NCBI GenBank assembly: GCA_034669905.1
Contig: JAXMOL010000014.1
Span: 81,527-145,526 of the forward strand
Direction: 5' to 3'
Source of the DNA: Candidatus Hydrogenedentota bacterium
Lineage (GTDB): Bacteria > Hydrogenedentota > Hydrogenedentia > Hydrogenedentales > JAEUWI01
Length of the DNA stretch: 64,000 bases
Within the stretch, counting starts at the first letter, position 1, and every line of letters starts with the position of its first letter. The notes under the pieces are model-generated. The model saw only the letters and a list, made by a program, of their open reading frames with translations. It was not told the origin of the DNA and did no database searches. The position numbers were made by a program, and so were the translations under genes. Shown in pieces: positions 48,746 through 58,260 of this stretch.

Positions 48746-49784
48746 GGTAAATCTCCGTAAGAATGGCCTCGATATCGTAGGCGTAGCGCCAATCGGGGTA
48801 GTGGGACTGGAACTTACGGACGTCACTGACCCACCAGATATGGTCGCCGATGCGGTTGTCTTCTTCATAGGACACATTCATTTTCTTGCCCGTAATCGCT
48901 TCACACCGGGCAATGGCCTCCTGCATGGAACAGTTGCTATGGCGGCTCCCGCCAATATTGTATACTTCGGCAACCCGGGGCTTTTTGTGAACCTCAAAAA
49001 AGCAGTTGACCAAATCACGGGAATGTATGTTGTCCCGGACCTGCTTCCCCTTATAGCCAAAGATGCGGTATTCCTTGCCCGTCATGGCACATTTCATCAG
49101 GTAAGACAGGAAACCGTGGAGCTCCGCCCCGGAGTGCCCCGGCCCTGTGAGGCAACCGCCACGAAACACCGCGGTGGGCATGCCGAAATAGCGGCCGTAC
49201 TCCTGGACCATCACGTCGGCCGCCACCTTGGACGCCCCGAACACGGAGTGCTTACACTGGTCGATGGACATGCTCTCGTCGATGCCGTGGGCCGCGTAGG
49301 GGTGGTCGTCCGCCACTTCCCAGCGGCTTTCCCCTTCCACCAGCGGCAGGGCATTGGGCGTATCCCCGTAGACCTTGTTCGTGGAAGTAAAAATGAAAGT
49401 CGCCTTCGGGCAGTGTTGGCGGGTCAATTCCAGCAGATTGATGGTACCCACGGCGTTGACCCCGAAATCGGTCAGGGGCTCCTTGGCCGCCCAATCATGA
49501 CTCGGCTGGGCCGCTGTGTGCACCACCAACTCAAGGGCCGCGCCGTACTGTTCAAACACGGGCGCAAGCGCGGCGCTATCCCGAATATCGATGGCGTGGT
49601 GATGATAATCCGGCAGCTCCGCCTGCAAACGCTCCACCGCCCAATGGGTGGACGCCTCCTCCCCAAAGAAATAGGAACGCATGTTGTTGTCGATACCGGC
49701 GACGGTGTACCCTGCTGCAATAAACTGGCGTACCGTTTCTGCCCCGATTAAGCCGGCCGAGCCGGTAACCAATACGACACCCAT
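48723..49784 (-). CDS. NAD-dependent epimerase, CDP-paratose 2-epimerase-like
   Basis: [28 protein letters not shown] and GKQVRDNIH motifs. Confidence 0.88.
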   Translation of the reverse strand: MGVVLVTGSAGLIGAETVRQFIAAGYTVAGIDNNMRSYFFGEEASTHWAVERLQAELPDYHHHAIDIRDSAALAPVFEQYGAALELVVHTAAQPSHDWAAKEPLTDFGVNAVGTINLLELTRQHCPKATFIFTSTNKVYGDTPNALPLVEGESRWEVADDHPYAAHGIDESMSIDQCKHSVFGASKVAADVMVQEYGRYFGMPTAVFRGGCLTGPGHSGAELHGFLSYLMKCAMTGKEYRIFGYKGKQVRDNIHSRDLVNCFFEVHKKPRVAEVYNIGGSRHSNCSMQEAIARCEAITGKKMNVSYEEDNRIGDHIWWVSDVRKFQSHYPDWRYAYDIEAILTEIYHGFEGRI

Positions 49785-49903
49785 AGACGCTCCCACTATC
49801 TGGTTGAGGGTTGGCGATTATCACACGAACCCCGTTCCGCAACTGAAAAAACCATTCTAACGCAGAAGGTTGCGAAACTGTCAACAGTCAAAGGGCAACA
49901 CCC

Positions 49904-50971
49904 ATGAAAACAATTCTGGTTACGGGCGGCGCAGGTTTCGTGGGCGCCCACCTGGCCATGGGCATGAAGGCCCGCTATCCCCATGCCCGGGTCGTCGCCT
50001 TCGATAACCTCCGGCGCCGCGGTGCGGAGTTGAGCCTGGCGCGCCTCGCCGATGCCGGGGTCGACTTTCACCATGGCGATATCCGGCAACCGGCGGATCT
50101 GGCCGAGGTTGGCGCCTTCGACCTCCTCCTCGAGTGCAGCGCCGAGCCCTCGGTCCTCGCCGGCTACGACAGCGCCCCGTCCTATGTCCTCGACACCAAT
50201 CTGGTCGGCACCCTCCATTGCCTGGAGGCGGCCCGGCGCCACGGCAGTGATATCCTCTTCTTGTCCACCAGCCGGGTCTACCCCATGGAAACCATCGCAC
50301 GACTCAATTACCGCGAGGAAGCCACCCGCCTCGAACTGGAAGACGCGCAGCCCGTCGACGGTGCCAGCGCCGCCGGCATCGCCGAGCACTTCCCCCTCGA
50401 AGGCGTCCGCTCCCTCTATGGCGCCACCAAACTGTCTTCCGAACTCATCCTCAATGAATACCTCGCCATGTATGGCCTCCGCGGCGTCATCAACCGCTGC
50501 GGCGTCCTCACCGGCCCCTGGCAAATGGGTAAAGTCGACCAGGGCGTCGTCGTCCTTTGGGCCGCCCGTCACGTTTTCGAAGGTTCCCTGCGCTATATCG
50601 GCTACGGCGGAGAAGGCAAACAGGTCCGCGACATGCTCCATGTCGACGACCTCGTCGATCTCGTCGCCTACCAGGTGGAACACCTCGACACCCTCACGGG
50701 ACAGACCTTTAATGTGGGCGGCGGACGGGCCGTCAGCGCCTCGCTCCAGGAGTTGACCACCCTCTGCCAGGAATTCACGGGCCACCACATCCCCATCGAA
50801 AGAGTCCCGGAGAACCGTGCGGCAGACATTCCCCTCTATATCACCGACAACCAGCGTATCTCCGAGCGCACCGGCTGGCGCCCAAGCCGCGACGTCCCCG
50901 CTATCCTGGAGGATATCTGCCGTTGGATTCAGGATAACCGCGCCCAGTTGTCCCCTATCCTGAATAAATAG
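49904..50971 (+). CDS. NAD-dependent epimerase, CDP-paratose 2-epimerase-like paralogue
   Basis: VTGGAGFVG, DNLRRRG, SAEPSV, STSRVY, YGATK and GKQVRDMLH motifs. Confidence 0.88.
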   Translation: MKTILVTGGAGFVGAHLAMGMKARYPHARVVAFDNLRRRGAELSLARLADAGVDFHHGDIRQPADLAEVGAFDLLLECSAEPSVLAGYDSAPSYVLDTNLVGTLHCLEAARRHGSDILFLSTSRVYPMETIARLNYREEATRLELEDAQPVDGASAAGIAEHFPLEGVRSLYGATKLSSELILNEYLAMYGLRGVINRCGVLTGPWQMGKVDQGVVVLWAARHVFEGSLRYIGYGGEGKQVRDMLHVDDLVDLVAYQVEHLDTLTGQTFNVGGGRAVSASLQELTTLCQEFTGHHIPIERVPENRAADIPLYITDNQRISERTGWRPSRDVPAILEDICRWIQDNRAQLSPILNK

Positions 50972-51048
50972 GGCATGACCGCCGCATCAAATATCACACT
51001 TTGCGAGCTATCCTCTTTTCAGCATTATAGTTAGCACCGAGATAGGGA

Positions 51049-51077
51049 TTGACCAAGGGGCGCTTCAATGGTATCAT
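51049..51077 (+). promoter_or_regulatory. Sigma70-type promoter for the pilin-like gene
   Basis: TTGACC-17 bp-TATCAT, 40 bp upstream of ATG 51118. Confidence 0.65.
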
Positions 51078-51117
51078 CAATTTAGCTGAAGCCCTTTCGA
51101 GGCAAGGAGATCCAACT

Positions 51118-52104
51118 ATGAAGAACCGCTCCAACTGTGTAAACCGCCGTGCCCGTCGCATGGGTTTCACGTTGATTGAACTCTTGACCGTCATCGCCAT
51201 TATTGCCGTGCTCGCGAGCATCTCGCTCGTCGCTATTCCGCAGTACCTGGAAAAGGCCAAGATCGTACAAACCGAAGCCAACATGAAGAGCGCCGTGAAA
51301 GGCCTTTCGGAATTCGCCGCCCGCTCCGAAAACACGGGCTTTCCGCCCGCATACGGTTTTATCAAAGCCGAATCACGCGACGTCGCCGCAGGCTCGCTGG
51401 CCGATACCGACCACGTCCTCGTTCCCTATACGGTGCCCATCGGTATCCATCGCGACACCGGGGTATTTCAGGTCCCCCGCTTTGCCCAGACCTACGACAA
51501 CAACGGGGATAAGGCCCTTAGCCTGATGGAATACTCGCCTGTGGGCTACCTGGATCAGTCCACGAACACGTTTGCGTTTTCTCAGGAACTCTACACGGGG
51601 TCCAATACGCCAGAATCAGGCCCCGTTGGATTTGAAGTCAATGAAGTACAGGCCCAGCTGACACTCGGTGAAGGCCGCCCCTTCGTCTACGTGCCCTTCA
51701 ATTCCCGCCAGTTGGCCACGGCCCGGAACTACTGGATGAACAACGGCGAGGCCGACGAGCCCGTCGGCGGCGCAAGCTTCCCCGCCAACACGGACCCCGC
51801 ATTGCAGGGACGCATGTTCTTCCCTCCCTCCCAGTATGACGGCTTCGTCCTGATTGGCAACGGTGTAGGTGGCACGGACGGTGGCCTTACCGCCATTGAG
51901 GCCCCGGGAACGCCCGGTACCGACTATGAGGCCCGACACATTTATCACGTGCTGGCCCTCCGGATCGCCTTCCTCGCCACCCGCGATTTGGATGGTGACT
52001 TGAAACCGGATTACGACTACCGCGCCCGCAAAGGTGCCACGACCGCCGCTATCCTTCCCGATGGCACGCGCGGCTACGGCGCCTTCATTGAGGTCGTCCA
52101 GTAG
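51118..52104 (+). CDS. Prepilin-type N-terminal cleavage/methylation domain protein
   Basis: Basic leader then [26 protein letters not shown]. Confidence 0.85.
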   Translation: MKNRSNCVNRRARRMGFTLIELLTVIAIIAVLASISLVAIPQYLEKAKIVQTEANMKSAVKGLSEFAARSENTGFPPAYGFIKAESRDVAAGSLADTDHVLVPYTVPIGIHRDTGVFQVPRFAQTYDNNGDKALSLMEYSPVGYLDQSTNTFAFSQELYTGSNTPESGPVGFEVNEVQAQLTLGEGRPFVYVPFNSRQLATARNYWMNNGEADEPVGGASFPANTDPALQGRMFFPPSQYDGFVLIGNGVGGTDGGLTAIEAPGTPGTDYEARHIYHVLALRIAFLATRDLDGDLKPDYDYRARKGATTAAILPDGTRGYGAFIEVVQ

Positions 52105-52134
52105 CACGACCGATACATCCCTTAATTATGCAGT

Positions 52135-52165
52135 CGGCAGGTCTTCGGACCTGCCGCTTTCTTTT
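52135..52165 (+). terminator. Rho-independent terminator with UUCG tetraloop
   Basis: CGGCAGGTC-TTCG-GACCTGCCG followed by CTTTCTTTT. Confidence 0.85.
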
Positions 52166-52202
52166 CCCTTATGACCCAATTCCAGCGATGACCTGCTGGA
52201 AA

Positions 52203-52301
52203 AGACGACTCCCTGGAGTGCGGCAGCGTGCTGCCGCCCGCCCCGCCGATGCCGTGCGCAAGTTCACTCCGTAAGAGCGCAAGCAAGCGTACCCACGCCA
52301 C
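52203..52301 (+). repeat. TGGAGTGCGGCAGC palindromic element, copy 2
   Basis: AGACGACTCCCTGGAGTGCGGCAGCGTGCTGCC...GCGCAAGCAAGCGTACCCACGCCAC. Confidence 0.8.
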
Positions 52302-52422
52302 AGGGTCCGCCTGGCACGTTGGAGTGCGGGGTGGGTTGGGCGATACGATTGGGGAACCAGTGGTCTGATTCACGCAGATGGTCATTGAAGCAACTGTAGA
52401 GCCGCGACCAATATCCGATAGT

Positions 52423-52506
52423 ACTCCCCTCCTCGGAGGGGCCGGGGGTGGGTCAAGTCAGGAGAAACGTCGGAAACCCACCCCTGACCCCTCCCAGGAG
52501 GGGAAT
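52423..52506. repeat. Palindromic element ACTCCCCTCC...GGAGGGGAAT, copy 2
   Basis: Near-identical to 9613-9695 except in the central spacer. Confidence 0.9.
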
Positions 52507-52668
52507 TGGCTGGTGGGCCCGCTGAAACAGAACTGGCTGAATACGTTCCCACGACGTGGAATCAGACCACCCGTTGATGCGACACAGCCGTTACCCAACA
52601 TCACAATACCCCCTGACAATCGTCGGCATATACCCTTTGCCCATTCTTTACAACCCCGTGGATAACCC

Positions 52669-53493
52669 ATGTTCGACACCTTTATCGCCCCCGGAATTCC
52701 CATCCCACTCTTCTGGCTCCTCGTGGCCATCGCCATCATCATCCAGGGCATCAGCAAATCGGGCTTCGCAGGCGGCGCAGGCATCCTCTCCCTCCCCCTC
52801 ATGATGCTCGTCATGCCCGTCGACAAAGTGGCCGCCACCCTCTTGCCGCTGCTTATCCTCTGCGACCTCAACGCCATCTATCACCACCGTCACAACAAAG
52901 ACTGGACCCAGATTCTCCGCATCTACATCCCCGCCTGCGGGGGCATCCTCCTCGGTGCAGCGGTGTGGTGGCAAATCGGCCAGGAAGGCATCGCCGGTTA
53001 TGCCCTGCTCATCAAACGGATGGTGGGCGTCATCGCCATCATCTTCGGACTCTACATCATCGCCAAAGACCGCTCCATGGCCTGGGTGGCCCACCACCGC
53101 GCCGGCCCCAAGACCGCCGTGGTCACCGGGGTCCTTTCCGGTTTTACCTCCACCATCGCCCACGCCGCCGGCCCCATCGTCAGCCTCTACGTCTACTCCC
53201 AGGGCTTCGGAAAGACCCTCTTCGTCGGCACCGTCGCCTGGACCTTTACCCTCATCAACCTCACCAAGCTCCCCTTCTACGCCTACGTGGGACTCATCCA
53301 ACCCGACGTATTGCTCTTCGACCTCTGCCTCGTCGCCCTTATCCCCTTCGGCTCCTGGCTCGGACACTGGATGCACCACCGCGTTTCCGAGTGGTGGTTC
53401 AGCCGCATCATCATGGTACTCACCCTGGTCGCTGGGGTGCAGCTGTTGTTTGACATCCAGTTCATCCCCTGGCTCGTGGGGCTCTTCCGCTAA
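52669..53493 (+). CDS. Sulfite exporter TauE/SafE family membrane protein
   Basis: [33 protein letters not shown] and INLTKLPFY motifs; about 8 TM segments. Confidence 0.88.
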   Translation: MFDTFIAPGIPIPLFWLLVAIAIIIQGISKSGFAGGAGILSLPLMMLVMPVDKVAATLLPLLILCDLNAIYHHRHNKDWTQILRIYIPACGGILLGAAVWWQIGQEGIAGYALLIKRMVGVIAIIFGLYIIAKDRSMAWVAHHRAGPKTAVVTGVLSGFTSTIAHAAGPIVSLYVYSQGFGKTLFVGTVAWTFTLINLTKLPFYAYVGLIQPDVLLFDLCLVALIPFGSWLGHWMHHRVSEWWFSRIIMVLTLVAGVQLLFDIQFIPWLVGLFR

Positions 53494-53511
53494 GCAGGCC
53501 GCCCGCAATCT

Positions 53512-53739
53512 GTGGGACCCGTGGGACCCGTGGCAACCGTGGGACCCGTGGCAACCGTGGCAACCGTGGCAACCGTGGCAACCGTGGCAACCGTGGCAAC
53601 CGTGGCAACCGTGGCAACCGTGGCAACCGTGGCAACCGTGGCAACCGTGGCAACCGTGGCAACCGTGGCATCTTATCGACGTCTCCGGCCAGACGCGTCC
53701 CACCGGTCCCACCTGTCCCACTCGTCCCACTCGTCCCAC
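53512..53739. repeat. 9-bp tandem array (17 full units GTGGGACCC/GTGGCAACC) plus inverted 5-unit GTCCCACnn arm
   Basis: Arrays at 53512-53670 and 53697-53739, read directly. Confidence 0.95.
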
Positions 53740-53774
53740 AAAAAACGGGCGGCCACCAACGCGACCGCCCGCTT
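53740..53774 (-). terminator. Rho-independent terminator
   Basis: Minus strand: GCGGGCGGTCGC...GTGGCCGCCCG followed by TTTTTT. Confidence 0.75.
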
Positions 53775-53781
53775 CGAGAAA

Positions 53782-53816
53782 AATTCTCAATTCACTATTC
53801 TAAATTCACTATTCAA
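53782..53816 (-). repeat. 7-bp tandem array, 5 units (nnGAATW)
   Basis: Minus strand, directly after the stop: TTGAATA GTGAATT TAGAATA GTGAATT GAGAATT. Confidence 0.8.
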
Positions 53817-54749
53817 TCACCCGCGCAATTCAATCAGACGCTTGTTTGCGGCCGCAATACCGTCCATTTCGCTCATGATGCTGCCTTCATACTCAATGCC
53901 GATGTAGCCATTGTACTTGTGCTTGTCGACACAGATTTTGATCATCTTTTCAAAGTCCACCATCTTGCGGTCTTTGTCCGTGTGCTTACCCGTGGCCGCA
54001 TCAAAGTCATAGCACTTGGCCGACAGGGCTTTTGCATAGGGCATCAACTTGTCGATGCCTTCGTAAATATCCACGTCCGCCGGGAAGTTGCCGAAGTCCG
54101 GCAGGGTGCCGAAGCGGGGATGGTCCACAGCCGCCATGAGCTTGTCCATGGCATGGGGGTAGGAAGACGGCCCGCCATGGTTCTCAATGATGACATTGAG
54201 TCCCTTCAGTTCACCATACTCGCACAGGGCGGTGAATCCCGGGATAGACTGGGCCACAAAGGCATCGAGCATTTTGGCATCTTTTTCCGTACCTTTTTGC
54301 GCGCCCGCCCAGTTCATGCGAACCGAGTGGCACCCGAAATCGGCGGCGTAGTCCATCCAGTTCATATGATTGCGGACTGCCCGGGCGCATTCTTCCTTGT
54401 CCGCGCTGCCGATGGCACCCTGTCCGTCGATCATGATCAGCAGGAACTTCACGTTGGCCGCAGCGGCATTCTTCGCCAACTCATCACGCCAGGCCTTCTC
54501 CGTGCTCGGCAGCATGCCGCTCACCAGCTCGATGGCCTCAATGTCCCACGTGTCCCGCGTCAGTTTGGGCATGTCGAGCATAGGCACCTTGCCCTCGCCT
54601 TCCCCGATGGTGCGGTGCAAGGACCAACCCGCCAGGGAGATGCCGTATTCGCGCTTGGTGGCCCCAAAGGCCTGTCCGCCCAGGGCCAGGGCAGCCGCGC
54701 CGAGGGCGGTGTGCTTCATGAAAGTGCGACGTGTCGTGTTTCCGTTCAT
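53817..54749 (-). CDS. Tat-exported sugar phosphate isomerase/epimerase (xylose isomerase-like TIM barrel)
   Basis: TTRRTFMK Tat motif; IENHGG, LPDFGNF, SAKCYDF and YIGIEYEG motifs. Confidence 0.88.
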   Translation of the reverse strand: MNGNTTRRTFMKHTALGAAALALGGQAFGATKREYGISLAGWSLHRTIGEGEGKVPMLDMPKLTRDTWDIEAIELVSGMLPSTEKAWRDELAKNAAAANVKFLLIMIDGQGAIGSADKEECARAVRNHMNWMDYAADFGCHSVRMNWAGAQKGTEKDAKMLDAFVAQSIPGFTALCEYGELKGLNVIIENHGGPSSYPHAMDKLMAAVDHPRFGTLPDFGNFPADVDIYEGIDKLMPYAKALSAKCYDFDAATGKHTDKDRKMVDFEKMIKICVDKHKYNGYIGIEYEGSIMSEMDGIAAANKRLIELRG

Positions 54750-54988
54750 TGCTTGAAACTCCGTGATTTTCGGTTGAGCGCCGCACCGCCAGAAACGGGC
54801 AGCGGGAAAGAAAAAACTGTAACGGCTAGTCTAGGCAAGATCAGGGGGCCTTGTCCAGCGAAAGCGCTCCCCGGCCCCGCAGGGCCCACCGACCCAACAT
54901 GGAAATCCTCCCAGAAACGCGCTAGGATGAAGCCTCAACCACAACCCTCACACCAAAGGGGACGTCTTCCCCGTGGAGCGATTTCATT

Positions 54989-56083
54989 TTGACTACCCGA
55001 TCCCTACTCACCGCTGCTTTGTGCGCTCTATCGATTCTCGGCGGACTCCGTGCTGCCGCCGAAGTCGGCGAAACGACCACGGTCTACACCTCGGGCACGG
55101 AAGGCTACCACACCTTCCGCATACCCGCTATCCTCGCGACTCCGGGACATCTGTTGGCCTTTGCCGAAGGCCGTGTTTCCAGCGGAGGGGATTCCGGGGA
55201 TATTGATCTGGTCCTCAAACGCAGCACGGACGGCGGCGACACCTGGTCGGACCTCAGCGTCGTGGTCCATCAGAAAGGCTATACCTGCGGCAATCCCGCT
55301 CCGGTGTGGGATCGAGAGACGGGCGACGTCCTCTTACTGCTCACGAAGAATCCGGCCGACGCCCATGAGCGAGACATCCTTACGGGCGAAGATCCCCCCC
55401 GCACGGTCTGGATTACCCGAAGCAGCGACGAGGGCGCCACCTGGTCCACCCCGGAAGACATCAGCGCCTCCACACGCCGCGATGGCTGGCGCTGGTATGC
55501 CACGGGCCCCTGCCACGGTATCCAGTTGCAATCCGGACGCCTTCTCATCCCCGCCAACCATTCCACCAGCCCCGACCACAAAGACTGGTTCTCCCACGTC
55601 ATCTACAGCGATGATCATGGTAAAACCTGGCAGATTGGCGGTGTCCATCAGGAATACACCAATGAATCCACCGTCGCCGAACTGGCCGATGGGCGCGTCT
55701 ACCAGAATATGCGCAGCTACAAGAAAGAAAACCGCCGCCGCGTTTCCTACAGCCAGGATGGCGGCCTCACCTGGTCCGACGACACAACCGACGAAACACT
55801 GGTCGAGCCCGTGTGTCAGGCCAGCGTGCTAACCCACACCCTCCCGGACGGTGACCGTCCGGCCGTGTTCTTCTCCAACCCGGCCAGCACCAAACGGGAG
55901 CGTATGACGGTGCGACAGAGCCTGGACGGCGGCCGTACGTGGCCCGCATCGTGGCTCCTCTACGAAGGCCCCAGTGCCTATTCCGATTTGGCGCCTCTGC
56001 CCGACGGACGCATTGGCTGTCTCTATGAGCGGGGTGAAAAAGGTGCCTATGAAACGATCGTCTTAACCCGCATAAAACCCTGA
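54989..56083 (+). CDS. Sialidase-family (GH33-like) BNR repeat protein
   Basis: FRIP motif; Asp boxes (RSTDGGDTW, SSDEGATW, YSDDHGKTW, SQDGGLTW, SLDGGRTW); AYS and LYE motifs. Confidence 0.9.
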   Translation: MTTRSLLTAALCALSILGGLRAAAEVGETTTVYTSGTEGYHTFRIPAILATPGHLLAFAEGRVSSGGDSGDIDLVLKRSTDGGDTWSDLSVVVHQKGYTCGNPAPVWDRETGDVLLLLTKNPADAHERDILTGEDPPRTVWITRSSDEGATWSTPEDISASTRRDGWRWYATGPCHGIQLQSGRLLIPANHSTSPDHKDWFSHVIYSDDHGKTWQIGGVHQEYTNESTVAELADGRVYQNMRSYKKENRRRVSYSQDGGLTWSDDTTDETLVEPVCQASVLTHTLPDGDRPAVFFSNPASTKRERMTVRQSLDGGRTWPASWLLYEGPSAYSDLAPLPDGRIGCLYERGEKGAYETIVLTRIKP

Positions 56084-56254
56084 TTCCCTAAGCACAAATC
56101 GACTTTTGCTGGTACTATTCCCATAGACAAATCTCGGGTCGGTGTCCCAATTCCGGGGAGCCACCGCGTTACTCCGGAAACACGGGGGTAAGTGCGCCGC
56201 ATCGCCCGGGCACCTGCACCGCAGTAGCATGGGTAATCGTAGAGGATAGCAACA

Positions 56255-57778
56255 GTGCGATTGGTGACTTTCAGTATGGCCCTGGTGTTGGGGCCCCTCG
56301 CGGCGCTTGCCGAGTCTGCCGACTATATCTTTGTGCCCCCGGCGGCAAAATCCATCGAGCACACCGATGGCCCCTTGCCCGCCGGGGCCCTTTCTAAAGC
56401 GCTCACGGCACCATTCCCCCGCTTTACGGTGGACACTTACGCGGGACAGTCAGAGGCCCTGCGCAAGTCCCAGACCATGCCCGGCCTCCAGGTCGCTAAG
56501 GGCATTGACCTCGACTGGTCCGAGCAGCCGCTCTTCGACCAACCCGTGGTAACTGGCTCGGAATACGACTGGCGCACTTCGATTCAATCAGTAGACGCCA
56601 CCGCCCTGCGCGTGAAGGTCGATCTGAGTGCCCTGCGAAGTGATGAGTCCCTCTGGGTCGTCGACCCCGCGGGTACCCGCCCCTTCGGCCCCTACACCGC
56701 CGCAGACGCCGACGCAGCAGCGGGATTTCGATGGCTCCCCACCATCATGGGCGACGAGGCCATCCTCTGGATTAAATCCTCATCGGCCGACCGCCCGGCC
56801 CTCACCGTACTGGGCCTTTCCCACTTCTACGACTCCCCGGCCACCACCAAGGGCTCCCTGCCCTGCCCCTTACCCGCCGACTGCATCACCGATACGTCAC
56901 TCCAGGAAATCTCCACCGGGATTGGCCGTCTCTCCGTCACCGACGACCGGGGCAACTCGGTCTTGTGCTCGGGTGCCTTGCTCAACAATGCCACGACAGA
57001 AGCCCTGGAAGCCTATTTCCTCACGGCCGATCACTGCTTCCAGGATTTCCCCGGCACCATCTTCGCCTCCGCGGTGGAAGTCATCTGGGATTTCCGTGCC
57101 AGCGGCTGCGACGGGGCCGAGCCGTCGACCGCCACCCTCAGCCTCCTTCCCCGAAGCACCGGGGCCGCCTTCCTCGGTAACAGTGCCACCATTGACGGCA
57201 TGTTGCTTCGGCTCGTCGCCGTACCCGTAGGCACACGGGGCCGGGCGTATATCGGATGGGATACCCGGACGCCCTCCGCAGGGGAATCCGTGGTCTGTCT
57301 CCATCACCCGGGTGGCGACGCCATGAAAGAAAGCATCGGCACCGTCAGCCGGACCGGCGTCAACTCGAGCTTTGGCCAGAACCAGACGACCCTCTCCTGG
57401 ACCGAAGGCATCACTGAGGGGGGCTCTTCGGGCTCGCCCTCCCTCTTCAGCGCGACGAACTTCCGCATTTTCGGCATGTTGAGCAATGGAAATTTTCAAT
57501 CGTGTTCAAGCGCCGCTGCGCGCCTCGACCAGTATTCTTCCTTCCGCGATTTCTTTGGCGTGGTCGGTGGATTCCTGGTGGACGCCACCCCGCCCAACGC
57601 CGGGCGCAGTTCCTATACGACGGCAAGCACCGGCGGAGGGGGCAGCGACCCCACGACAGTGCGGGGCTGCATTATGGACGCGGCAGCAAGCCGGAACGTC
57701 GCCGGTGACCTGCTGGTGAGCGGCTTGGCGCTCCTGACCCTCCTGGGCCTGGCGCGATTCCGCAACCCGACCCGATAA
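56255..57778 (+). CDS. Lysyl endopeptidase-like trypsin-fold serine protease with C-terminal anchor
   Basis: CSGALLNN, LTADHC, HHPGGDAMK and TEGGSSGSP motifs; signal peptide; terminal TM plus basic residues. Confidence 0.88.
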   Translation: MRLVTFSMALVLGPLAALAESADYIFVPPAAKSIEHTDGPLPAGALSKALTAPFPRFTVDTYAGQSEALRKSQTMPGLQVAKGIDLDWSEQPLFDQPVVTGSEYDWRTSIQSVDATALRVKVDLSALRSDESLWVVDPAGTRPFGPYTAADADAAAGFRWLPTIMGDEAILWIKSSSADRPALTVLGLSHFYDSPATTKGSLPCPLPADCITDTSLQEISTGIGRLSVTDDRGNSVLCSGALLNNATTEALEAYFLTADHCFQDFPGTIFASAVEVIWDFRASGCDGAEPSTATLSLLPRSTGAAFLGNSATIDGMLLRLVAVPVGTRGRAYIGWDTRTPSAGESVVCLHHPGGDAMKESIGTVSRTGVNSSFGQNQTTLSWTEGITEGGSSGSPSLFSATNFRIFGMLSNGNFQSCSSAAARLDQYSSFRDFFGVVGGFLVDATPPNAGRSSYTTASTGGGGSDPTTVRGCIMDAAASRNVAGDLLVSGLALLTLLGLARFRNPTR

Positions 57779-57800
57779 TTGGATAACCCAGCCTTTTGGG

Positions 57801-57839
57801 GCCCGGAGACTTCACAAAGAAGTCCTCGGGCTTTTTTTT
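57801..57839 (+). terminator. Rho-independent terminator
   Basis: GCCCGGAGACTTC...GAAGTCCTCGGGC followed by T8. Confidence 0.8.
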
Positions 57840-57872
57840 GCGCTTCCCATCCCGGGAAGGCGTTGTTACAAG

Positions 57873-58022
57873 AGACGACTCCGTGGCGTGCGGCAGCTTG
57901 CTGCCCCTTTTTCCCGGGGATCGTGCTCCCCACCCTTCCGCGCACGTTGAGCGGCCACGCAACCCGCCTATACCGTGAACACGCTCACGCCGTCAGCGCG
58001 CAAGCAAGCTTACGCACCCCAA
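57873..58022 (+). repeat. TGGAGTGCGGCAGC palindromic element, copy 3
   Basis: AGACGACTCCGTGGCGTGCGGCAGCTTGCTGCC...GCGCAAGCAAGCTTACGCACCCCAA. Confidence 0.8.
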
Positions 58023-58194
58023 TGGGTCCATCAATTATAAGGGGGTAATGAGGAAATTGGAGGAAGAGGGATATGGTGTTCAAAACGATTGATATCGCAC
58101 GTGTCGCAAACCTCCGCCGCGCGAAGCTCCCCCTCTGCGCCCGCTGCCCGAAACCACCGTTCCCACAGCGCCCCCCCCGCCAGCAACCGCCAAA

Positions 58195-58241
58195 CAAAAA
58201 ACGGGTGGGTCAGGACACCTGCGTGTCGCCGACCCACCCGT
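58195..58241 (-). terminator. Rho-independent terminator
   Basis: ACGGGTGGGTC...GACCCACCCGT with an A-run on the left (T-run on the minus strand). Confidence 0.75.
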
Positions 58242-58260
58242 AGAATTCAGGAGTGTAGGC

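Noticed and set aside
49854..49884. Minus-strand TTGACA...TAGAAT promoter for the epimerase
   Set aside because: The spacer is 19 bp, so support is too weak to list as a feature.
53512..53670. Possible CRISPR array (also considered for 43114-43316 and 5245-5344)
   Set aside because: The 7-9 bp units are contiguous with no unique spacers, and there are no cas genes in the window.
52648..53907. ORFs with PWQ, CHG, VAT or PRL repeats
   Set aside because: They result from reading the stop-free 9-bp array and overlap tauE in other frames or on the other strand.
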